Part shown: positions 1 to 6,308 of the stretch, piece by piece
Numbering within the stretch: position 1 is the stretch's first letter
Layout: every line of letters begins with the position of its first letter
From: Candidatus Poribacteria bacterium
Lineage (GTDB): Bacteria; Poribacteria; WGA-4E; WGA-3G
Assembly (NCBI GenBank): GCA_003635305.1
Contig: PYJE01000120.1
Location: forward strand, 5,506 to 53,440
DNA length: 47,935 bases
Direction of reading: 5' to 3'
Made by a program: the position numbers and the translations under genes
Notes under the pieces: model-generated
Told to the model about the DNA's origin: nothing
What the model saw: the letters and a program-made list of their open reading frames with translations, nothing else
The model's database searches: none

Positions 1-22
1 CTCGTCAATCCCGAACATGAGG

Positions 23-119
23 GTTACGTATCATCATAACAGCTGTGAAAGGTAGGCGGGTCCTCCCGGTCCCGACTCCCCACTCTGAGTTACGTATCAC
101 CGTAACAGCCTGTGAAAGG
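23..119. repeat. Two direct copies of a ~30-nt element (GTTACGTATCAyCrTAACAGC(C)TGTGAAAGG, 23-52 and 89-119) flanking one family-C palindromic unit (GTAGGCGGGTCCTCCCGGTCCCGA, 52-75)
   Basis: Read directly from the sequence. The same family-C unit recurs at about 4166, 4263 and, inverted, 36551. Confidence 0.6.
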
Positions 120-185
120 GTTAGACTTATCTCCCTAAACACAGGCACACAACCGATAAGAATACCAGAAAATAGGAGAATTTTC

Positions 186-1175
186 ATGAAAACCATATTT
201 TGCTTGATTTTTTCCATCAGTTGGGGTATCCTATTATTAGGACAATTTGATAGCCATGCTGATGGACACGAACCTGGCGAGTTAGAGAAAGTGACGCTGT
301 TGCTGGAGTGGTTTCCGAACGCAGACCACGTTCCGCTTTACGTCGCGCAGGAGAATAACCTGTTTGCCAAGCATGGACTCGCGGTAGAACTCCATTGGGC
401 GGGGGATCCGGACGCGCCGCTCAAATTGGTTGCCGCTGGGAAATATCCGTTCGCTGTGAATTACCAACAGAGCGTAACCATCGCGCGAGCAACCGAAGAG
501 GGAGCCCTGCCGGTGAAATCTATCGGCGTTTTGGTAGAGCATCCGCTCAACACAATTACCTTCCTGAAGAAATCCGGCATTCAAACGCCGGCGGATTTCA
601 AAGGGAAGAAGATCGGCTACACCGTCGCGCCGCTGGATGTCCTCCTTTTTAACGCCATCGCGGGGGCGGCTGGTTTAACCGAAGACGATTACGAATTGAT
701 AAACGTCGGTGCGAATATCATCGCGCCGCTGCTGACAGGGGCCATCGACGCAGTCATCGGCCCGTTTCGGAATTACGAGATTAATGAGTTGAAACTGGAG
801 GGTGCGGCGGCAGGTTATTTCCCGCTGGAAGAGCACGGCATCCCCGACTATTACGAACTCGTCATCATCTCCAACGATGCATTTTTGCAGGAGAATCCGA
901 TGACGGCCAAAAAACTGATGCTGGCGATTCGCGAGGCGATTCAATTCACCAAAGCGAACCCGGACGAGGCATTGAAACTCTACTTCCAAGCGAATCCGGA
1001 TGTCCGCAAGGAGTTAGATGAACTCGCTTTTCGGGATACGTTGGAACTCTTCGCCACAACGCAGGTGCAATCCGCGGAGAAGTGGGCGGCGTTCGTGAAG
1101 TTTGCCCATGAAAAGGGATTGATTTCCAAAACGGTGGCGACAGAAGAGTTGTTTGTCAACGTGTTGGAAGAGTAG
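186..1175 (+). CDS. Periplasmic substrate-binding protein, NMT1/THI5-like (ThiY-type pyrimidine-precursor binding protein of an ABC system)
   Basis: I trimmed ORF 45..1175 to the ATG at 186, which is preceded by AGGAGA. The N-terminus MKTIFCLIFSISWGILLLG is a signal peptide. LLLEWFPNADHVPLYVAQENNLFAKHGLAVEL...LVAAGKYPFAV is typical of NMT1/THI5/ThiY proteins. The gene sits directly upstream of thiO-thiS-thiG. Confidence 0.75.
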   Translation: MKTIFCLIFSISWGILLLGQFDSHADGHEPGELEKVTLLLEWFPNADHVPLYVAQENNLFAKHGLAVELHWAGDPDAPLKLVAAGKYPFAVNYQQSVTIARATEEGALPVKSIGVLVEHPLNTITFLKKSGIQTPADFKGKKIGYTVAPLDVLLFNAIAGAAGLTEDDYELINVGANIIAPLLTGAIDAVIGPFRNYEINELKLEGAAAGYFPLEEHGIPDYYELVIISNDAFLQENPMTAKKLMLAIREAIQFTKANPDEALKLYFQANPDVRKELDELAFRDTLELFATTQVQSAEKWAAFVKFAHEKGLISKTVATEELFVNVLEE

Positions 1176-1207
1176 TTCGCCACTAGAGCGGAAACCGCAC
1201 GTAACTT

Positions 1208-1500
1208 GTAGGGCGAGGGCCTGTCCCTCGCCATGTTGATGCATCCATGCGTGCGCGGTTGCAAACCGCGCCTACGGGGCGAGGGCCTGTCCCTCGCCAT
1301 CTTGATGTATCCATACCTAGTTCGTAGGCGGAAACATAGTTCGTAGGGCGAGGGCCTGTCCCTCGCCATCTTGACGCAACTATACCTAGTTCGTAGGCGG
1401 AAACACGTAGTTCGTAGGGCGAGGGCCTGTCCCTCGCCCTGTTGATGCATCCATACCTAGTTCGTAGGGCGAGGGCCTGTCCCTCGCCATCTTGACACAT
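1208..1500. repeat. REP-like array: 5 family-A units (GTAGGGCGAGGGCCTGTCCCTCGCC at about 1208, 1276, 1343, 1414, 1464) and 1 family-B unit (GCGCGGTTGCAAACCGCGCCTAC, about 1252-1275)
   Basis: Direct reading. The units are about 56-70 bp apart and the inter-unit segments are similar to each other (CATCTTGAyrCATCCATACCTAGTTC). The array fills the whole thiY-like/thiO spacer. Confidence 0.85.
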
Positions 1501-1502
1501 CC

Positions 1503-2657
1503 ATGGCGGAAAACAGAAACGTTATCATCATCGGTGGCGGCGTAATCGGGCTCGGTATCGGGTGGCAGCTGGCGAAGGCGGGTGCTTCTGTCACCCTTTA
1601 TGAACGTGACCGGGTAGGCCGAGCTGCTTCTTGGGCTGCCGCCGGGATGCTCGCACCTCTCGCCGAAGCGCACACCGAAGAGCCGGAACTCCTGACGCTA
1701 GGCTGCCACAGTTTGGCCCGCTATCCGCAGTGGGTGAAGGAATTAGAAGCGGATGCCGACATGTCCATCGGCTATCGCGCGGAAGGCACGCTCATCGTCG
1801 GGTTGGAGCCCGATGATACGCATCAACTTCGGCACCTATATGCTTCGCAACAGCAGTTGGGGTTGGACGCTGAGTGGCTTATCGGGAGAGAGGCGCGTGA
1901 CATTGAACCGGCACTCTCTCCGCGCGTCACGGCAGCAATCCGTTGTGCGGCAGACCATCAGGTGGACAACCGTCGCATGGTTACGGCGTTACAGCGTGCC
2001 TATCAAGCGTGCGGCGGCGTGTTGCATGAAAATAGTTGCGTGGCACACATCGAGGTGAAAAACGGTGTTGCAACGGGGGTGTCAGTAGGAGAGCCCTCCC
2101 GTTCTCGATTGCATGAGGCTGACGTGATAGTTCTCGCGGCGGGGCCCTGGTCTTCACAAATTGCGGGCATTCCGGATGCCATCCGTCCGCCGGTGCGTCC
2201 TGTCAAAGGCCAGATGTTGGCACTCCAGATGGAGGCGGGCATCGCCATCAAAACGGTTATTCGCACGGTGCGGGCACGTCATCCGATATCTGTGTATCTC
2301 GTCCCACGAACCGATGGTAGACTCATTATCGGCGCGACAAGTGAGGAAATGGGGTTTGATACGCGGTTAACAGCGGGTGGCCTGTTTGAGCTTCTCCGCG
2401 GTGCCTGGGAGGCAGTCCCCGGCGTTTATGAACTGCCGATTTTGGAGACATGGACAGGGCTACGCCCCGGAAGTCGAGACAATGCTCCTATCCTCGGGCA
2501 CACGCCGATTGACAATCTCATCGTGGCGACAGGACATTATCGGAACGGTATCCTGCTCACGCCTGTCACCGCCTACGAGATAGCGAAGTTGATTTTAACA
2601 GGGGAGATGTCGCCGACAATCGCGCCGTTTCAGCTTAAACGTTTTTTCAACTCGTAG
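1503..2657 (+). CDS. thiO: Glycine oxidase ThiO (FAD-dependent oxidoreductase, DAO family)
   Basis: The N-terminal Rossmann motif VIIIGGGVIGLGIGWQLAKAGASVTLYERD is present. The protein is 384 aa with DAO-like sequence throughout. It lies in a cluster with thiS and thiG. Confidence 0.85.
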   Translation: MAENRNVIIIGGGVIGLGIGWQLAKAGASVTLYERDRVGRAASWAAAGMLAPLAEAHTEEPELLTLGCHSLARYPQWVKELEADADMSIGYRAEGTLIVGLEPDDTHQLRHLYASQQQLGLDAEWLIGREARDIEPALSPRVTAAIRCAADHQVDNRRMVTALQRAYQACGGVLHENSCVAHIEVKNGVATGVSVGEPSRSRLHEADVIVLAAGPWSSQIAGIPDAIRPPVRPVKGQMLALQMEAGIAIKTVIRTVRARHPISVYLVPRTDGRLIIGATSEEMGFDTRLTAGGLFELLRGAWEAVPGVYELPILETWTGLRPGSRDNAPILGHTPIDNLIVATGHYRNGILLTPVTAYEIAKLILTGEMSPTIAPFQLKRFFNS

Positions 2658-2724
2658 AGAGATTCGGTAAATAGCGAGGGACAGGCCCTCGCGCTACGGT
2701 AAAAGGAAGCCGCCTCGCATAACT

Positions 2725-2895
2725 CGGAACGGCATTCTACTCACGCCTGTCACCGCCTACGAGATAGCAAAGTTGATTTTAACAGGGGAGATGTCGCCGA
2801 CAATCGCGCCGTTTCAACTTAAACGTTTTTTCAACTCGTAGGGACATTCGGTAAATAGCGAGGGACAGGCCCTCGCGCTACGGTAAAAGGGAGCC
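2725..2895 (+). pseudogene. Tandem duplicate of the last ~117 nt of thiO plus its downstream REP unit. This is a non-functional 3' gene fragment.
   Basis: 2725-2895 repeats 2541-2711 with roughly 95% identity by eye (period 184 nt). This includes the thiO stop codon and GCGAGGGACAGGCCCTCGCGCTACGGTAAAAGG. A third partial copy of the REP tail lies at 2932-2974, abutting the thiS ATG. Confidence 0.8.
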
Positions 2896-2974
2896 GGCAG
2901 TTGGTGGAACAACGGCTCTCGCCGTATATCCCAGGCCCTCGCGCTACGGTAAAAGGGAGCCGCCTCGCATAACA

Positions 2975-3181
2975 ATGAAGATACGCATTAACGGCGAAGA
3001 CAGGAATGTCAGTGCCGAGTTAACCCTCTACGAACTGCTGCTAGAAATGGAAATTGAGCCCACTCATCCCGGCATCGCTGTCGCTGTGAATCGGGAAGTC
3101 GTCCCGAAGGGTGACTGGCGAACAAAGTCCATCGGCGAAAATAGCGAAGTTGAGATTATCCGCGCCGTTCAAGGTGGATAG
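2975..3181 (+). CDS. thiS: Sulfur-carrier protein ThiS
   Basis: 68 aa with a ubiquitin-like ThiS pattern (MKIRINGE...EVEIIRAVQGG) ending in the diagnostic C-terminal Gly-Gly. It lies between thiO and thiG. Confidence 0.9.
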   Translation: MKIRINGEDRNVSAELTLYELLLEMEIEPTHPGIAVAVNREVVPKGDWRTKSIGENSEVEIIRAVQGG

Positions 3182-3192
3182 CATTTCCGATA

Positions 3193-3220
3193 CCGTAGCG
3201 CGCGGGCCTGTCTCTCGCTA
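3193..3220. repeat. Single degenerate family-A REP unit (CCGTAGCGCGCGGGCCTGTCTCTCGCTATG)
   Basis: Direct reading. It lies in the thiS-thiG spacer. Confidence 0.6.
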
Positions 3221-3325
3221 TGCAAGTATCGCCGACTATGCCTGATAAGTCAATATCTTCTGCCCAGTTAGGAATAACAAAAATATGAACAGCCCAGGGC
3301 CCCGGTAAACGGAAAGAGAAAACAG

Positions 3326-4105
3326 ATGCAAAAATTACAAATCGCGGATAAAACCTATCACTCCAGGCTGCTTATCGGGACAGCGGGATATCCGAATTTC
3401 CACGTGATGATGGAGGCAGTGGCGGCGAGTGGTGCCGAAATCGCCACTGTCTCAATGCGGCGTGTGAAATTCACGGACAGGTCCGGTGAGAATGTGTTTG
3501 CGTTACTCCGCGAGCGCGGCATCACTATTCTACCGAATACCGCCGGCTGTTTCACGGCGAAGGATGCTGTTCTCACGGCACAACTCGCGCGCGAAGCATT
3601 GGAGACTCCGCTCATCAAACTGGAAGTTATCGGCGATGACCGGACGCTGTTTCCCGATGTGGAGCAGCTGCTCAGTGCGGCGGTGACGCTAGTCAAAGAT
3701 GGGTTTACCGTGTTGCCCTATTGCAACGATGATCCGATTACGTGTAAGAAGTTAGAGGATCTCGGGTGTGCTGTCGTGATGCCGCTGGGCGCGCCGATCG
3801 GCTCAGGGATGGGGATTCGGAATCCCTATAACCTGCAGATTATCCGCGATATCGTGCAAGTGCCGCTTATCGTTGATGCCGGTGTCGGCACAGCATCGGA
3901 TGCCGCGGTGGCGATGGAATTAGGATGCGATGGCGTTTTGCTTAATACCGCGATTGCGAAGGCGCACCGTCCGGTGCTCATGGCAGAGGCGATGAAAAAG
4001 GCAATTGAAGCGGGTAGAGCGGCATTTTTAGCGGGCCGCATTCCGCGCAAACTTTACGCGAACGCCTCCAGTCCTCAGCAGGGACTGATGGATGCGCTGC
4101 TGTAG
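3326..4105 (+). CDS. thiG: Thiazole synthase ThiG
   Basis: 259 aa. The [31 protein letters not shown] and [13 protein letters not shown] blocks are characteristic of ThiG. Confidence 0.95.
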   Translation: MQKLQIADKTYHSRLLIGTAGYPNFHVMMEAVAASGAEIATVSMRRVKFTDRSGENVFALLRERGITILPNTAGCFTAKDAVLTAQLAREALETPLIKLEVIGDDRTLFPDVEQLLSAAVTLVKDGFTVLPYCNDDPITCKKLEDLGCAVVMPLGAPIGSGMGIRNPYNLQIIRDIVQVPLIVDAGVGTASDAAVAMELGCDGVLLNTAIAKAHRPVLMAEAMKKAIEAGRAAFLAGRIPRKLYANASSPQQGLMDALL

Positions 4106-4299
4106 GAGAGCCCGACACCGTAGGCGCGCTTTCCAAGCGCGCACTGGAAGTCCCGATGTAATCTTGTAGGCGGGACCTCCCGGTCCCGATGCAATCCTAT
4201 AGGCGAGCCCGACACCGTAGGCGCGCTTTCCAAGCGCGCACTGGAAGTCTCGATGCAAGTCTGTAGGCGGGACCTCCCGGTCCCGATGCAATCCTGTAG
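4106..4299. repeat. Two tandem ~96-bp composite units, each made of a family-B' palindrome (GTAGGCGCGCTTTCCAAGCGCGC) plus a family-C palindrome (GTAGGCGGGACCTCCCGGTCCCGAT)
   Basis: Direct reading. The B' units are at 4120 and 4217 and the C units at 4166 and 4263. Confidence 0.85.
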
Positions 4300-4341
4300 G
4301 TGAGTTCCCCAGTCCCAATATGGGAAAAAAAGGAGAATTTC

Positions 4342-5184
4342 ATGAAAAAATCAATGATATTCCTCGCGATGCTCTTTTCGGCATCGGTGAATCTCCCAAT
4401 CTATGCCGCGAACGTCACCGTCGGCGTATTGGCAGGAAATAATAAACTGGGCGACGTTGAGGAAGCCGCTTACGACTGGGCATCCGACAATTTCCAAACG
4501 ACGCAGCTGCTCGTTGACAAGAGCGGCAAGTTCAAGAATGCGGGCGGCACCGCTGTGCCACCTGAACAATTTGCTGTGCTCTGGCTTTTTTACACCGAAA
4601 CGGACACGTTGCCAGACGCATTCCTTGCGGACGCGACGAAGGACGTAGTGAGCGACTATGTGGAGGCAGGCGGCACGCTGTTTCTCTCTGCCCTGGCACT
4701 CCGCTACGTTGCCGAAATCGGCATTGAAAAAGGCGGCGACCCGAGAGTCTTTATGCCCCTCGGCAAGGACCCGCCGGAAATCGGCGTTGTCCCCACGGCC
4801 GATGGCAAAAACCATCCCGTCTTCGAGGGGTTTGACACCGCCAAACCCGTTTTTCTCACCAGCATGGCGCAAGATGGGTTTACGTCAGATTTCTTCAATT
4901 TTGGTGCAGACCCGGGCGGCGTTATCCTCGGCACGAAGACGCGCGGCGGCGGTGCCGGTGGTGGCGAACGCCCCTTCGTTGAATACGAAGTCGGCGATGG
5001 AAAAATTATCACCCTCGGACATCACAACGGCGTTTTCACCGATGCAAAGTCCAAGGAGGGAGATAATTTGAGAAAACTGACAGCGAATATCCTCAATTAC
5101 CTCGGTGAGAATTCCGCGTTCCTCGCGGTTGAACCTGAGGGTAAGTTGGCAACAACGTGGGGAGTTCTGAAGGCGTTGCGGTAG
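4342..5184 (+). CDS. Secreted hypothetical protein, possibly with a class-I glutamine-amidotransferase-like (ThuA/DUF4960-like) fold
   Basis: I trimmed ORF 4300..5184 to the ATG at 4342, which is preceded by AAGGAGA. The signal peptide is MKKSMIFLAMLFSASVNLPIYA. The segment VVSDYVEAGGTLFLS...HPVFEGF resembles GATase1-like sugar-utilisation proteins. The family assignment is tentative. Confidence 0.6.
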   Translation: MKKSMIFLAMLFSASVNLPIYAANVTVGVLAGNNKLGDVEEAAYDWASDNFQTTQLLVDKSGKFKNAGGTAVPPEQFAVLWLFYTETDTLPDAFLADATKDVVSDYVEAGGTLFLSALALRYVAEIGIEKGGDPRVFMPLGKDPPEIGVVPTADGKNHPVFEGFDTAKPVFLTSMAQDGFTSDFFNFGADPGGVILGTKTRGGGAGGGERPFVEYEVGDGKIITLGHHNGVFTDAKSKEGDNLRKLTANILNYLGENSAFLAVEPEGKLATTWGVLKALR

Positions 5185-5185
5185 A

Positions 5186-5217
5186 GGGTAAGGACGGATT
5201 TCTATATCCGCCCTTAC
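5186..5217. terminator. Bidirectional hairpin between convergent genes (GGGTAAGGaCGGAT-loop-ATCCGCCCTTAC), a member of the recurring GGGCGGAT/ATCCGCCC hairpin family
   Basis: Direct reading. There is no clear T-tract, so terminator function is inferred only from its position. Confidence 0.4.
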
Positions 5218-5290
5218 TACTTGGCGAATTTGGGATTAAACCCCGATTTTGATTGAGGGATAGCCCAGGGTTTGATGCTTCCGGTTTCTG

Positions 5291-5836
5291 TCAGGTTTTC
5301 TGCACCTCCGTCGGGTTGGCTTCTGCTGTTTGGCCTCGGGTCAAGGTGTCTATCTTTTTCTCCAACTCGTCAATTTGCCGCTGTTGGGCCGCGATTTTCT
5401 CGTCCAATTCGCGTTCTTTTTTGCGTTCAAACCAATAAGGGAGCCCGATGATAACGCCAATTAGTGCTATCAAGGCGATAGTCAGCGTGAAGTTTCGATC
5501 CAGCTGTCCGGATACCCGTTTGTCCGTTTCATCCATTGTAATGATGACTTTCGCGTTTTCATGGCCGACGCGTTCTTTCATCCGGACTTCAGATGCAGTG
5601 AGTGCGGCTTGCGTCCGCTTTTCAGATGCAGTGAGTGCCGCCTGCGTCCGCTTTTCGGATGCGTCGATGTATTCCTGCACGCGCTTTTCGGATGCGTCGA
5701 TGTATTCTTGCGTCCGCTTCTCGGATTCCCTGAACATCGTATTGATTTTCGCGAAATCCTCAGTATCCAACCTACCGAATGCCATCGTGTTGCAGAACAA
5801 GAACGCGAGTAGGAAAAATCGGAAACCTAGTTTCAT
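5291..5836 (-). CDS. Small membrane-anchored coiled-coil protein (signal peptide, 11-residue repeats, one TM helix, charged coiled-coil tail). Paralog of 18642..19124.
   Basis: I trimmed ORF 5291..5908 to the ATG at 5836, which is preceded by GAGGGA. The N-terminus is MKLGFRFFLLAFLFCNTMAFG. It has 4 x 11-aa repeats (SEKRTQEYIDA, SEKRVQEYIDA, SEKRTQAALTA x2). The TM helix is LTIALIALIGVIIGLPYWF and the tail contains EKIAAQQRQIDELEKKID. Confidence 0.7.
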   Translation of the reverse strand: MKLGFRFFLLAFLFCNTMAFGRLDTEDFAKINTMFRESEKRTQEYIDASEKRVQEYIDASEKRTQAALTASEKRTQAALTASEVRMKERVGHENAKVIITMDETDKRVSGQLDRNFTLTIALIALIGVIIGLPYWFERKKERELDEKIAAQQRQIDELEKKIDTLTRGQTAEANPTEVQKT

Positions 5837-5998
5837 TTGTTGTCCCTCATTTTGAAGAGGACTTACGCAGCAGCGACTTCGGTAGGCGCGCTTTCCAAGC
5901 TCGCCCACGCCAACGCGGTTTCAACGTTACGTCTGGCGGTAGATTGAATGGCGCAAGTCCTGTTGAAAATTGATAAAGCCTTACCGATGGATTAAAGC

Positions 5999-6185
5999 GG
6001 AGCAGGATTTTCAAGATGTCCAAGATTCACAGGATTAAGAAAGGGTGCGCGGGAACGTTTCTTAATCCCAAGCAGGATTTTCAAGATGTCCAAGATGAAC
6101 CAGGATGAAGAGAAAGTGTCTCAGTGACGGTTTCCTCTTCATCCTGTTCATCGTGTGTATTTTCCTGTTAATCCTGCTTCTGATT
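5999..6185. repeat. Two copies of a 26-nt direct repeat (AGCAGGATTTTCAAGATGTCCAAGAT at about 6001 and 6071), each followed by a different hairpin, plus an inverted partial copy at about 6163-6185
   Basis: Direct reading. Hairpin 1 is GGATTAAGAAA...TTTCTTAATCC. Hairpin 2 is GAACCAGGATGAAGAGAAA...TTTCCTCTTCATCCTGTTC. Confidence 0.6.
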
Positions 6186-6308
6186 CACGCCCTGGCCACC
6201 TCTCATCGCACATCGCAGACGCTGCGGCACTCGCACCGCCGCAAACACCACTGTATCGGATGAGGAATCTGTAGGGGGACAGCTGTCTCTATCCACCCCC
6301 CTACAACA

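Noticed and set aside
1-185. Possible TPP (THI-box) riboswitch upstream of the ThiY-like gene. A CTGAG followed by a small hairpin lies at about 85-106.
   Set aside because: The conserved ACCTGATCTGGATAATGCCAGCG-type core and the GGGGTGC pairing partner are absent. The segment is one of two tandem copies of a ~30-nt repeat flanking a family-C palindrome. I found no THI-box upstream of thiO, thiS or thiG either. A covariance-model scan would be the decisive test.
45-185. N-terminal extensions of track ORFs at 45, 4300, 5908, 14449, 17858, 19185, 26657, 37431, 40124, 43317 and 44534
   Set aside because: In each case an internal ATG with an AGGAG-type site gives a better start. Depending on the gene, the evidence is a proper signal peptide or the canonical N-terminus of the family. 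The extensions run through REP or promoter sequence.
1208-1500. CRISPR-like appearance: ~30-nt repeats spaced about 56-70 bp apart. The same applies to the arrays at 28640-28810, 41379-41577, 44544-44643 and 46728-47185.
   Set aside because: The inter-repeat segments are homologous to each other rather than unique spacers. The repeats are palindromic REP-type cores found singly all over the window. No cas genes are present.
980-1673. ORFs 980..1450, 1014..1244, 1183..1500 and 1386..1673 (minus strand), which have repetitive RDRPSPY/GEGQALAL peptides
   Set aside because: They are read-through translations of the REP array and its flanks. There are no start-site signals, and they overlap well-supported genes.
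2541-2974. Diversity-generating retroelement (template/variable repeat) as an explanation for the duplicated gene 3' ends. The same idea applies to 10544-11027.
   Set aside because: No reverse transcriptase gene is in the window. The substitutions between copies are not adenine-specific (T>C, C>T and G>A are seen). The duplicated segment includes the stop codon and non-coding REP sequence.
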